NCBI GenBank assembly: GCA_964588985.1
Contig: CAZPQW010000005.1
Coordinates: 1-64,000 of the forward strand
Reading direction: 5' to 3'
DNA from: an uncultured Solirubrobacteraceae bacterium
GTDB taxonomy: Bacteria > Actinomycetota > Thermoleophilia > Solirubrobacterales > Solirubrobacteraceae
DNA length: 64,000 nucleotides
Below, one piece after another: positions 21,583 through 31,190 of the stretch (position 1 is its first letter; each line of letters starts with the position of its first letter). Position numbers and translations under genes: made by a program. Below the pieces are notes generated by a model. The model saw only the letters and a program-made list of their open reading frames with translations. It was not told the DNA's origin and made no database searches.

Positions 21583-21871
21583 CCCTTGGAGGCTAGATGA
21601 TCGATTCCCCCGGCAGGCCTTCACGGACGCCGCGGCCGGTGAGGGCTACGACGCCCGCGGAGACCAGGCATCGGGGGGACGCCTCGATCTCTCCCTGAGC
21701 ATCGCCGGAGAGGTGGGGCGATGGTCAAGCTGGTTCGGCCGCACTGTAGTTCCACATATACGGCTTTGACCAGAGTCGTTTACTACTTCCCCCGCAGTCC
21801 ATTCTAAAATGCGGAACAAAGTGCTGCTGTCTCGGGCCAGTCCCCCCACGGTCCACATAGACTTCCGCTCG

Positions 21872-23068
21872 ATGAGCGAGCCGGCACAAGCCACGGAGAC
21901 GCCGCCCGCGTCGAGCGTCGAGCGGGACCAGCCGACAGGCTCGACTGGCGTGCTGCCCGCGCAGCGGCTGCGCGAGGCGATCGCGCGGGAGTGGATCACG
22001 GCCGGCGAGTGGCGCATCCCGCGCGAGTCGGTGCAGCCGGCGAGCATGGACCTGCGGCTCGGTGAGCGTGCGTGGGTGCTGCGCTGCAGCTTCCTGCCGG
22101 ACAGCGACTCTACGGTGGAGGAGAAGATCGAGGACCTGGCCTTCGAAGAGGTGGACCTCCGCGACGGCGCGACGCTGGAGCGCGACCGGCCCTACCTGGT
22201 ACCGCTTATCGAGGAGCTGCACCTGCCGGACGGGGTGCGAGCGAAGGCCAACCCGAAGAGCTCGACGGGCCGCCTGGACGTGTTCACGCGGGTGCTCACC
22301 GACCGCAGCCACCGCTTCGACGAGATCGCGGCCGGCTACACGGGCAAGCTCTACCTGGAGGTGGTGCCGCGCACGTTCGCGATTCGCGTGAAGACCGGCC
22401 TGGCGCTCAACCAGGTGCGGCTGATCGACGGCGACGGCCGGCTGAGCGACGCGGAGCTGCTCGCGCTGCACGGCGAGTGCCCGCTTCTGTACCTGGACTC
22501 GCGCCCGCTGGACGCATCGGAGCTGTCGATCGGGGACGGCCTGTTCCTGAGCCTCGACGCGTCGGGCGGTGCGGAGAGCGTGGTGGGCTACCGCGCGAAG
22601 AAGAACAGCCTGCCGATCGACCTCACGCGGATCGGCGCGCTGCGCTGGCGCGACTACTGGGAGCCGGTGCACCCCGAGCGGGGCGGGCGGATCGTGCTCG
22701 AGCCGGAGGTGTTCTACCTGCTGCTGTCGGCCGAGGGGGTGAGCATCCCGCCCTCCTACGCGGCCGAGATGCTCGCGTACGACCCGACGGCGGGCGAGCT
22801 TCGCACCCACTACGCGGGCTTCTTCGACCCGGGTTTCGGCTACTCGCGCGACCGCCTCGCGCACGGCAGCCGCGCGGCGCTGGAGGTGCGCGCGCGCGAC
22901 GTGTCGTTCATGGTCGAGCACCGCCAGCCGGTGTGCAAGCTGGCGTTCGAGCGGATGGCGGCCGAGCCGGACGTGCTGTACGGCAAGGACGTGGGCTCCA
23001 ACTACCAGGGTCAGCAGACGATGCTGAGCAAGCACTTCGCGGAGCAGGCGGGCAACACGCCCGACTGA
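21872..23068 (+). CDS. dcd: dCTP deaminase, long two-domain DCD type
   Basis: QPASMDLRLG, ANPKSSTGRLDVFTR, HYAGFFDPGFG, LEVR, SNYQGQ; ATG 21872 has TAGACT 8 nt upstream. Confidence 0.9.
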   Translation: MSEPAQATETPPASSVERDQPTGSTGVLPAQRLREAIAREWITAGEWRIPRESVQPASMDLRLGERAWVLRCSFLPDSDSTVEEKIEDLAFEEVDLRDGATLERDRPYLVPLIEELHLPDGVRAKANPKSSTGRLDVFTRVLTDRSHRFDEIAAGYTGKLYLEVVPRTFAIRVKTGLALNQVRLIDGDGRLSDAELLALHGECPLLYLDSRPLDASELSIGDGLFLSLDASGGAESVVGYRAKKNSLPIDLTRIGALRWRDYWEPVHPERGGRIVLEPEVFYLLLSAEGVSIPPSYAAEMLAYDPTAGELRTHYAGFFDPGFGYSRDRLAHGSRAALEVRARDVSFMVEHRQPVCKLAFERMAAEPDVLYGKDVGSNYQGQQTMLSKHFAEQAGNTPD

Positions 23069-23096
23069 GCACCGCCAACTGAGGGACCGAGGACGA

Positions 23097-23128
23097 CGGG
23101 GCTCGCCGCGCACTGCCGGCGAGCCCCG
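23097..23128. terminator. GC-rich hairpin between convergent dcd and secreted-protein genes
   Basis: CGGGGCTCGCCG-N8-CGGCGAGCCCCG. Confidence 0.6.
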
Positions 23129-23158
23129 CGTATGTCAGACGCTGCTTACCGGCGGCTC

Positions 23159-24001
23159 CTAGTGTTCTCTGACGACCGCCGCGCCAGACTGGTGGAGAGC
23201 TCCGTTGAGGATGGCGGTGTTGTGACCCGCCGCCGACGGAACACCCATCACCAGGTTCACCAACGGGTCGGTGAGGAACGGGATCAAACCACAGCCTTCC
23301 GCCCCGGTCGACACCGCGAACGCGTTGTCGACGAGAGAGTTCTTGGCGATGTTGAGGATCGACCCTTCGCCCGTGATCGAGAGTTCACCGATTGCGCCTT
23401 TGATCGCTTTGTTCGGTTTCGGCGGGCTGGTGGTTCCGGTGGTGAGCTTGATGAATATCGGATGCGATTTCGATCCGACGTAACAGCTGCCGCCGAGGAA
23501 CGGATTGCCCAGCTTCACCCTGACGGGCAGTTCGAGCGCGACACCCGTTTCGCCGAGCAGGTTGGCCTCGTTGAGACCGATCGAGCTCGCCGGTAGCGCG
23601 AGTTCGGTGGTGGCGGTCACTTCTCCGCCCAGTCCGGCGATGCCGATCAGGCCTCCCGGAACCGTCTGCGCTGTTTTCGAGAGCGTTTCGCCATTGGCCG
23701 CGCCAACGAACGAAAGCGCACCCGTTTCTTCGTTTTCGATGAAACCGCCCTGCAGGGTGATCGTGTGCTTGATCGGCACCGTCTTGGCGCCGACGGTGAA
23801 TTCCCCGCTGGTGGTGCTCGCGGCTATGCATCCGCTCAGCGAAGCGTTGCTGAGCGGGCACTGCGCGAACACCGCCCATTCACCGGTCGGGGTCGCGAGT
23901 GCGGAGGAACCGCCCGCGACGGCGAGTCCCGTGAGCGCCATCGTGGCGATCAGCACCCCCCGGCGCAGCCCCCTCCGACGCGCAATCTTGCTGGTCATCA
24001 T
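23159..24001 (-). CDS. Secreted Gly/Thr-rich beta protein with Cys pairs (ATPTGE-W-AVFAQCPL family)
   Basis: Start MMTSKIARRRGLRRG at 24001 with GGGAGAG RBS; signal peptide ending ALA; paralog at the window start; frequent GAA/AAA codons. Confidence 0.85.
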   Translation of the reverse strand: MMTSKIARRRGLRRGVLIATMALTGLAVAGGSSALATPTGEWAVFAQCPLSNASLSGCIAASTTSGEFTVGAKTVPIKHTITLQGGFIENEETGALSFVGAANGETLSKTAQTVPGGLIGIAGLGGEVTATTELALPASSIGLNEANLLGETGVALELPVRVKLGNPFLGGSCYVGSKSHPIFIKLTTGTTSPPKPNKAIKGAIGELSITGEGSILNIAKNSLVDNAFAVSTGAEGCGLIPFLTDPLVNLVMGVPSAAGHNTAILNGALHQSGAAVVREH

Positions 24002-24312
24002 CTCTCCCACTTTCTGTTTGTGGCTTCCGTGTCGCAGCCGTTGATCCTTTCGAGACGAGGGTAGGCTCGTGATGTGCATTCCCGCAAGTCGTGTTTCTCA
24101 TTAACGAAAGAGGATGTTTCTAGCTAATGAGACAGGCTCCAACGAGTTGGAGACGTGCCGGGAGATCTCACACGTGCAGAACTGCGGAGATATGTGGATG
24201 CAGACCCGAAACATCGGACACGGATGAAAAACGGGGGTATTCGCCGATTTTGCCGCTATAGCATGGCGCCCTCTTTTCGGACCAGCGATACGACCAGAGA
24301 CCGGGGCCGCGG

Positions 24313-26433
24313 GTGCGCGCGAGGGCTGCGAGGGATGCCAAGAGGACTTTCGGCGTGGGCATCGTGCTCCTCGCCCTGGTGGTTGCCCTGACGCTGACAC
24401 ACGCCCCGCCACGCGTGGTGGCGACAAATGCCCCGGGTGGAGTCGGCGGCGAGCTGGCGACGCTCATCGAACCGGGGGAACTGTGCCAGGGGCACGAAGC
24501 GCTGCCGGCGGGCGCCTCCGCGATGCGGCTGTCGGTTGGCGCCTACGTCGGATCCCCCGTCCGGGTCACTGTTTCATCCGACTCGCGGCTGCTGACGCGG
24601 GGCAGTCGCGGAGCGACCTGGACGGGCAGATCCGTGACGGTGCCCGTGACGCCGCTGAGCCGTCCGGTCAGCAACGCCAGGGTCTGCATCGACATCGCGC
24701 GCGCCAGCGAGCTCCTGTTCATAGCGGGCGCGCCCGCGGCGAACGGCGCCGGGGCGACGCTGGGCGGGCAGCAGCTCGAAGGCAAGGTGGTCGTCGAATA
24801 CCTCGCCTCGGGCCGGGGCTCGTGGTGGTCGCGGATCGGCTCGGTCGCGGGCCACATGGCGCTCGGACGCGCATTCACCGGAACGTGGATCGTCTGGCTC
24901 GTGGTACTGCTGATGGCGACGGTCGGCGTGCTCGCGTTGAGACTAGCGCTGCGGGAACTGTCCTCGGGCGGGCAACCTCCCCGCCGTCTGAGAATCGTCG
25001 GACGCGTGCCGCGAGCTGCGTGGGTATGCGCTCTGATCGCGTTCCTCAACGCCTCCGCCTGGTCGCTGATCGTGCCCCCCTTCCAGGGCAAGGACGAGGC
25101 GGACCACTTCGCGTACGTGGAGACGCTCGCGGAGAACCACACGCTGCCCGCGAATGGACATGAAAACGGCGTCTACTCGCCGGAGGAGTCGGCGGTGATA
25201 CAGGCGGACCGCTACTTCCAGATGACGCACACGCCCCAGGCACACGCGATCTTCACGACGGCCGAACAGCGCGCCTTGGAAAGCGCGGTGAACGCGGGCG
25301 AGTCGCTGCGAACTTCGGGAGAAGCCGGCATCGCCACGTCCGAGCCGCCCTTGTATTACGCGCTGCAGACGATTCCGTACGAGATCGCGCGCGGCAACAT
25401 CCTCGCCCAGCTGCAGCTGATGAGGCTCCTCGGGGCGCTCTTCGGGGCCATCACGGCGCTGCTGATCTTCCTGTTCCTGAGGGAGCTCCTACCCGGCACG
25501 CCTTGGGCGGCGACGATCGGGGCGCTGTGCGTTGCACTGCAGCCGATGTTCGCGTTCATGTCGGGGAGCGTGAGCCCGGACGCGGGGCTTTTCCCGGTGT
25601 CGGCCGCGGCGTTCCTGTGTATCGCGCGTGCGTTCCGCCGCGGCTTCACACCGCGGCTCGCGCTCGTGTTCGGCGGTGTGATCGCGATCGGGCTCGTGAC
25701 GAAGCTCAACTTCCTGGCGATCGCGCTCGGCTCGCTCGTGAGCCTGGCGGCGCTTGCTATGCGGGAGCTGCGTTCCAAGCGCTGGAGAGCGCTGCTCTCG
25801 CCGGCGATCGCGGCATGCGTCGGTGGCATACCGGTGGCGATATACGAGTTGCGAAGCGCGTTCTCGGGCCACCCGGTGCTTGGACCGTTGGCGGGGCTGA
25901 CCTCTGCACCGTCGACGTTCGACGAGATCAGCTACGCGTGGCAGTTCTTCCTTCCCCGCATCCCCGGGATGACTCACTACTTCGAAGGCATCAGGACCTA
26001 CAAGGACATCTGGTTCAACCGCTCCGTTGGGCTGTATGGCTGGATGGACACGCTGTTCCCCACGTGGGTGGACAACGTGGCGCTCCTGCCGGCGGCGCTG
26101 ATCGCGCTGCTGTGCGGACGGGGGCTCTTCGCACGACGCGCGGTGTGGAAAGCCCGGCTGCTGGAGCTCGGCGTCTACGTCGGGCTCACCCTGTGGGTTC
26201 TGGTGATGCTCGGCGTCTCGTCCTATCACGGCGACGCGCTCAACCACGGCCCGGCCTTCGCCGAGCCGCGCTACCTGCTGGCGCTACTGGCGCTGCTGGG
26301 GGCGGTGGTGGCCGTGGCGGTGCGTGGGGCCGGACGACGATGGATGGCGGTGACCGGCGCGGCGATGGTGGTGCTGTTCCTCGGACACGACATCGTCAGC
26401 CAGCTGCAGGTGGTGGCCAGGTACTACGGCTGA
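24313..26433 (+). CDS. Fusion of an extracytoplasmic accessory domain and a DUF2142-like GT-C glycosyltransferase
   Basis: N-terminal ~215 aa is homologous to 1577..2194; the remainder is homologous to 2191..3810 (PPFQGKDEADHFAYV, EPPLYY, TKLN, WFNRSVGLYGW, EPRY, RYYG end). Confidence 0.85.
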   Translation: MRARAARDAKRTFGVGIVLLALVVALTLTHAPPRVVATNAPGGVGGELATLIEPGELCQGHEALPAGASAMRLSVGAYVGSPVRVTVSSDSRLLTRGSRGATWTGRSVTVPVTPLSRPVSNARVCIDIARASELLFIAGAPAANGAGATLGGQQLEGKVVVEYLASGRGSWWSRIGSVAGHMALGRAFTGTWIVWLVVLLMATVGVLALRLALRELSSGGQPPRRLRIVGRVPRAAWVCALIAFLNASAWSLIVPPFQGKDEADHFAYVETLAENHTLPANGHENGVYSPEESAVIQADRYFQMTHTPQAHAIFTTAEQRALESAVNAGESLRTSGEAGIATSEPPLYYALQTIPYEIARGNILAQLQLMRLLGALFGAITALLIFLFLRELLPGTPWAATIGALCVALQPMFAFMSGSVSPDAGLFPVSAAAFLCIARAFRRGFTPRLALVFGGVIAIGLVTKLNFLAIALGSLVSLAALAMRELRSKRWRALLSPAIAACVGGIPVAIYELRSAFSGHPVLGPLAGLTSAPSTFDEISYAWQFFLPRIPGMTHYFEGIRTYKDIWFNRSVGLYGWMDTLFPTWVDNVALLPAALIALLCGRGLFARRAVWKARLLELGVYVGLTLWVLVMLGVSSYHGDALNHGPAFAEPRYLLALLALLGAVVAVAVRGAGRRWMAVTGAAMVVLFLGHDIVSQLQVVARYYG

Positions 26434-27770
26434 GCCACCGGGATGCGCTCTCCGGCGACGGCGATCGCTCGCACCGCGGCCTCCGCGCCGATCAGTGGCG
26501 TCAGCACCAGGTACGAGGCCTGAGGAGCGAGCGCACACAGGTCTGCGTCGCCGCGCAGCACGTGGTCGCTCACGAGCCCCCACAGTGCCCCCGAGCTCGC
26601 TTCGCGCGTCACGCCGGGCGTGTCCCGCGACGGCAGCAGGCAATCGGTCAGGAGGTCCACCAGACGATCTACGAACCGCTCGCTGCACGCCACGGCGTCG
26701 GGGCCCGCGGCGAACACCTCCACGAACGCGACACTTCGCAGCACCGGGTCGAGCGCGACGTGCTGCAGCAGCGTGCTCAGGCCACCGTGCATCCCGACGA
26801 TCGGATCCTCGACGGCCCGAGCAGCGCGAACAGATGCCAACAGCGCCTCTAGGCATACCCGATCGAGCGCGTCGAGGTAGCACTCCTCGATGCTCCGATA
26901 GGCGACCCAGAACGCCGCTTCGGCGACGCCCGCCCGGCGTGCGATCTTTGCGGCGGTGAGCGCTTCGTAGCCGTCCTCGGCCGTGATCTCGGCCGCTGCC
27001 CGCACGATTCGCATGTGACCGCTCCCATGTCGGGGGCTCGGTCGCTGAGCGATCGTCGACGGCGGCCGGCCTGTGGTGCTGTGCGCCGCCGCGGCGAGAT
27101 CCGCCAACGCCGGCGAGCCATACGAGAGCGCCCAGTCGGCAAGCTCGTCGGCGACTCGTACGATGTCCGCCGAGCGACCGCCGCGGATGCACCCCCGGAC
27201 GGTCCGCTCGATCCCGCACACGATTCCAGTGGCCACGGCCGCGGGCAGCACCACCCCGCCGGCGGTCTCGTCGAAGCACGCGACGAGCATCCGCTCGACG
27301 TCCCGCCTCGCGCTGTCCCGAGGCACGAGCGTGACCGGCCCCGCCGCCAGCGCCTCGATGAACACCAGGTGTGCCGCCTTGGGCACGTCCAACACCGCCT
27401 GCGCGAGCGCCCCGATCGTGGAGCGCAGCCCTGCCTCCCAGCCCGACTCTTCTCCTCGCGCGACCGCTATGCGCTCGATCCCGCATGCGGCGACCCTGTC
27501 GAAGGTTGACAGGAAGCACTCGTCCTTGTTGTGGAACTGCTCGTAGAACGTTCGCTTGGAAACGCCCGCCAGCCTGCACAGCTCAGCCACGCTCGTCGCC
27601 GCGTAGCCGCGTTTGTCCATCGCCTCGATCGTCGCCCCCTGCAGGCGTGAGCGCTGGTTGCGCTTGACCTCATCGCGAGGCGGCCCATTCGGTCGCGGGC
27701 GCAGCTTCCTATAGAGAGGGGAGCTGCCCGGCGCAGGCCCGTCGCTTGAGGCGCGATACATCTCAAGCAA
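26424..27770 (-). CDS. Tandem TetR/AcrR family regulator, paralog of 15453..16772
   Basis: YRKLRPRPNG...NQRSRL, GVSKRTFYEQFHNKDECFL, and a more degenerate second HTH. Confidence 0.82.
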   Translation of the reverse strand: MLEMYRASSDGPAPGSSPLYRKLRPRPNGPPRDEVKRNQRSRLQGATIEAMDKRGYAATSVAELCRLAGVSKRTFYEQFHNKDECFLSTFDRVAACGIERIAVARGEESGWEAGLRSTIGALAQAVLDVPKAAHLVFIEALAAGPVTLVPRDSARRDVERMLVACFDETAGGVVLPAAVATGIVCGIERTVRGCIRGGRSADIVRVADELADWALSYGSPALADLAAAAHSTTGRPPSTIAQRPSPRHGSGHMRIVRAAAEITAEDGYEALTAAKIARRAGVAEAAFWVAYRSIEECYLDALDRVCLEALLASVRAARAVEDPIVGMHGGLSTLLQHVALDPVLRSVAFVEVFAAGPDAVACSERFVDRLVDLLTDCLLPSRDTPGVTREASSGALWGLVSDHVLRGDADLCALAPQASYLVLTPLIGAEAAVRAIAVAGERIPVAQP

Positions 27771-27963
27771 ACAGTGCCACCTGCAGACGAAAAGCTGTAG
27801 AGGCGTCTCCGACTCGGATAGCGGCCTGCAAGTAGCTCGCTATCACGCTGGTCGGGGTCCCTAACTTAAGTGCTCCGGCCAACCGCGAGGCACGCTCGAG
27901 ACTCTAGTGTTTATAATTGTCTGACGCGATATATCGAACTATGATCTATTTACCAAACGTGGA

Positions 27964-27984
27964 ACTTCTCGATAAACGGGAAGT
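27964..27984. promoter_or_regulatory. Candidate IclR-family operator
   Basis: Imperfect palindrome ACTTCTCGATAAACGGGAAGT in the AT-rich divergent promoter region just upstream of the IclR gene. Confidence 0.35.
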
Positions 27985-28010
27985 CTACTCAGTACAAGAC
28001 AGGAAACCAG

Positions 28011-28880
28011 GTGCCAATGCCCAGAACGAGTTCAGCTCCTAAGGCCGTAAACGACGGGCAAGAGCCCGCTTGGTCGATCCCCAGCCTGCGCGAGCCGCGC
28101 TACTCGCAGTCGCTCGAGCGGGGGCTCGCGATCCTCGGCTGCTTCACGCCGTCGCGTCCCGTGCTCGGAATCGCAGACATCGCTGACGATCTCGGCATGA
28201 GCCGCTCGACCACGCATCGCTACGTGATCACGCTCGTCGCACTCGGCTATCTGGAGCAGGGTGCCTCGCGCAAGTACCGCCTCGGACTGCGCGTGACCGA
28301 CCTCGGCATGTCCGCGCTGAACTCGACGGGACTTCGTGAGCACGCCCACCCGTACCTGGAGGAACTGCGTCAGCGCACCTCCTACACCGTCAGCCTGGGC
28401 GTGCTGGACGCGGCCGACGTGCTGTACGTGGACCGCGTGCGCAGCTACCGCCGCGGCCAGGGCGCGATCGACCTCAACCTCCACCCCGGCTCGCGCCTGC
28501 CCGCGTACTGCACCGCGATGGGCAAGCTGCTGCTCGCGAACCTGCCCGAGTCAGAGCAGCGCGAGCTGATCGCGTCGATGAAGCTGACCAAGCGCGGCCC
28601 GAACACGATCACGAGCAAGAAGGCCCTGCGCGAGGAGCTCGAGGAGATCCAAGCGGCCGGATTCGCCGTCAACGACCAGGAGCTCGCCGCGGACCTGTTC
28701 TCGATCGCCGCGCCCGTGCGCAACGAGGCCCGTGAGGTCGTGGCGGCGGTCAACCTGACCGCCCACAGCTCGATGATCTCGCTCGAGGAGATGGTCGACG
28801 CGCTCGGCCCCCACCTCGTCTCCACGGCCGACCGCATCTCCGCGCGCCTCGGCTACAGACGCGACGACGAGCAAAACTAA
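28011..28880 (+). CDS. IclR family transcriptional regulator (PcaR-like)
   Basis: SQSLERGLAIL, RSTTHRY, GSRLPAYCTAMGKLLLA, SIAAPV. Confidence 0.93.
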   Translation: MPMPRTSSAPKAVNDGQEPAWSIPSLREPRYSQSLERGLAILGCFTPSRPVLGIADIADDLGMSRSTTHRYVITLVALGYLEQGASRKYRLGLRVTDLGMSALNSTGLREHAHPYLEELRQRTSYTVSLGVLDAADVLYVDRVRSYRRGQGAIDLNLHPGSRLPAYCTAMGKLLLANLPESEQRELIASMKLTKRGPNTITSKKALREELEEIQAAGFAVNDQELAADLFSIAAPVRNEAREVVAAVNLTAHSSMISLEEMVDALGPHLVSTADRISARLGYRRDDEQN

Positions 28881-28905
28881 GAACAGGTTCTATAGCCTGG
28901 CGGTC

Positions 28906-29316
28906 ATGCACCGCTCCCTGGCACTGCTCTGCGCGACGCTTTGTGCGTTGGCATTCGCCGCGTGCGCCAGCACCGTCTCGACCACGGGCTTCAGTGGAGC
29001 GAAGCGGAGCGTGGCGCAGACGGTCGCCAACCTCCAGTCCGACGCCACCGCCGGCGATCAGAAGAAGGTCTGCGCGAACGACCTCGCCGCCGCCACGGTG
29101 GCGAGGCTCGGCGGCGTCAAGGGATGTGAAAGCGCGGTGAAAAGCCAGCTCGCGGAGGTCGACAGCCTCGAAGTGACCGTCCAGTCGATCCAGCTCGCCA
29201 AGGGCGAAACCGCGGCCACGGCGCAGGTCAAGAGCATTCACCAGGGAAAGAGCCGCCTGAGCAGCCTCGCGCTCGTGAAGGAAGGCGGGAAGTGGAAGAT
29301 CTCCGGAGTCGGCTGA
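28906..29316 (+). CDS. Putative lipoprotein (possibly NTF2-like fold)
   Basis: Lipobox FAAC; C-terminal LVKEGGKWKI. Confidence 0.7.
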   Translation: MHRSLALLCATLCALAFAACASTVSTTGFSGAKRSVAQTVANLQSDATAGDQKKVCANDLAAATVARLGGVKGCESAVKSQLAEVDSLEVTVQSIQLAKGETAATAQVKSIHQGKSRLSSLALVKEGGKWKISGVG

Positions 29317-29319
29317 CCC

Positions 29320-30324
29320 TCAGCTGAGGGATCTTCCGTACTGCCGCTCGTAGTACGCGCGATACTCGCCCGAGCGGATCGGCTCCCACCACCAGGCGTT
29401 GTCGCGATACCACGCGACCGTCTGCTCGAGACCCTCGCTGAAGCGCACGCGCGGGCTCCAGCCGAGCGCTCTGACCTTGTCGGATGAGAGCGAGTAGCGA
29501 ACGTCGTGCCCTGGACGGTCAGAAACATGTTCGATCTGCGATTCCGACGCTCCTGTCAAGTCCACGATGCGTCTGACGACGGCCATGTTGGGCTCCTCGT
29601 CGGGGCCGCCCGCGTTGTAGACCTCGCCGGGCTGCCCGTGCTCGAGCACGTGTCCGATCGCGGCGGCGAAGTCGGTGGCGTGGATCCAGTTACGCACCTG
29701 CATCCCGTCCCCGTACACCGGCAGCGAGTCGCCGTGCAGCGCGTTGAGGATCATCAGCGGGATCAGCTTCTCCGGATATTGGTGGGGTCCGTAGTTGTTC
29801 GAGCCGCGGCAGATGCTCACCGGCATGCCGTACGTGTGGAAGTAGCTCTGCACGAGCAGGTCGGCGCCGGCCTTCGTGGCTGAGTAGGGGGAGGAGGGGC
29901 ACAGCGGGCTCTCCTCGGTGAACGTGCCCTCGTCGATCGACCCGTAGACCTCGTCGGTGGACACCTGCACGTAGCGCAGCTCCCGCTCGCGCGCGGCGTC
30001 GAGCAGCACGTGCGTGCCGAGCGCGTGTGTCGCGACGAACGCGTCCGGCTCTGCGATCGAGCGGTCCACGTGCGTCTCGGCGGCGAAGTTGACGATCGCC
30101 TGCGGAGCGCTGGCCTCGATCGCGCCCGCTACCGCGTCACGATCCTCGATCGCGCCGCGCACGAAGCGGAACGAGGGGTGCTCGGCGAACCCGTGGAAGT
30201 TCTCCTCGCGCCCAGCGTAGGTGAGCTTGTCGAGGACGGTCACCTCGTCGCCGTGCTCCAGCAGGCGCTGGCGCGCGAACGTCGAGCCGATGAACCCGGC
30301 GCCACCGCATACGAGCAGTCTCAT
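29320..30324 (-). CDS. rfbB: dTDP-glucose 4,6-dehydratase
   Basis: GGAGFIGS, DKLTYAG, FAAETHVDRSI, STDEVYG, YSATK, PEKLIP; ATG 30324 overlaps the rfbD stop. Confidence 0.95.
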   Translation of the reverse strand: MRLLVCGGAGFIGSTFARQRLLEHGDEVTVLDKLTYAGREENFHGFAEHPSFRFVRGAIEDRDAVAGAIEASAPQAIVNFAAETHVDRSIAEPDAFVATHALGTHVLLDAARERELRYVQVSTDEVYGSIDEGTFTEESPLCPSSPYSATKAGADLLVQSYFHTYGMPVSICRGSNNYGPHQYPEKLIPLMILNALHGDSLPVYGDGMQVRNWIHATDFAAAIGHVLEHGQPGEVYNAGGPDEEPNMAVVRRIVDLTGASESQIEHVSDRPGHDVRYSLSSDKVRALGWSPRVRFSEGLEQTVAWYRDNAWWWEPIRSGEYRAYYERQYGRSLS

Positions 30325-31190
30325 GCGCGCATCATCCCAGCTCGCGCCGCCAGGAACCCCGCGAGCCCGTCCTGCCATGGCGGCAGCGGCAACACGTCGG
30401 TGCGCTCGGACTCCAGCGCCGACCAGGCCGGACGTGGCGCGGGACGCGCCATCTGCTCGCTTGTGGCCGCCTCGACGCGGCAGTCGACCTCGGCCTGGCG
30501 GAAGGTCTCCGCGGCGAAGCCGTTCCACGAGACGCGCCCCGAGCCGGCGAGGTGCACGAGGCCCGCGACGTCGCGTTCGATCAGACCGATCAGCGCGGGC
30601 GCGAGGTGCCCGGTCCAGGTGGGGCAGCCGACCTGATCGGTCACCACCTGCACCGCCTCGTGCTCCTGGGCGAGACCGAGCATCGTGGCGACGAAGTTGC
30701 GCCCGCCCACGCCGAACAGCCAAGCGCTGCGCGCGACGGTGTGGCGTGGCGAGGCGGCGAGCACCTGCTTCTCGCCCTCGAGCTTGGTCGAGCCGTACAC
30801 GGAACGGGGACCGGTGGGGTCGGACTCTACGTAGGGGCGCGGTGTGCCGGCCGTGTCGAGCGGCGCGACGCCGTCGAAGACGTAGTCGGTGGAGACGTGA
30901 ACGAGCGCCACGCCGAGCGCGGCGGCGACCCGCGCGAGGTTGCCGGCGCCGTCGGCGTTGACAGCGTGCGCCTGCTCGCGATGGGTCTCCGCTCCGTCGA
31001 CGTCGGTCCACGCGGCGAGGTTGAGCGCGGCGTCGGGCCCGACCCGCTCGAAGGCGGCCTGCACAGATGCGGGGTCGGTGATGTCGAGCTCCGGCAGGTC
31101 GAGCCCGACCAGCTCATGGCCCGCGCGCTCGCCCGCGAGCAGGAGATCGTGGCCGAGCATTCCCGCGGCGCCCGCGACGAGGAGCTTCAC
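30321..31190 (-). CDS. rfbD: dTDP-4-dehydrorhamnose reductase
   Basis: GAAGMLG, AAWTDVDGAE, STDYVFDG, YGSTKLEGE, DQVGCPT; GTG 31190 overlaps the rfbA stop. Confidence 0.93.
   Translation of the reverse strand: MKLLVAGAAGMLGHDLLLAGERAGHELVGLDLPELDITDPASVQAAFERVGPDAALNLAAWTDVDGAETHREQAHAVNADGAGNLARVAAALGVALVHVSTDYVFDGVAPLDTAGTPRPYVESDPTGPRSVYGSTKLEGEKQVLAASPRHTVARSAWLFGVGGRNFVATMLGLAQEHEAVQVVTDQVGCPTWTGHLAPALIGLIERDVAGLVHLAGSGRVSWNGFAAETFRQAEVDCRVEAATSEQMARPAPRPAWSALESERTDVLPLPPWQDGLAGFLAARAGMMRA

Noticed and set aside
21590-21615. Possible PafBC-type promoter upstream of lhr (TGCCGG...TAGCCT)
   Set aside because: Spacer is 14 nt rather than the 10 nt of TGTCGG-N10-TA-N3-T, and the hexamer has a mismatch.
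21745-21772. NrdR-box-like word CCACATATACGG upstream of dcd
   Set aside because: Only a partial match, with no convincing second box.
23960-24001. Tat signal in the secreted protein (RRRGLRRG)
   Set aside because: No clear RRxFL consensus, and the paralog at 1..148 has no twin arginine; export route left open.
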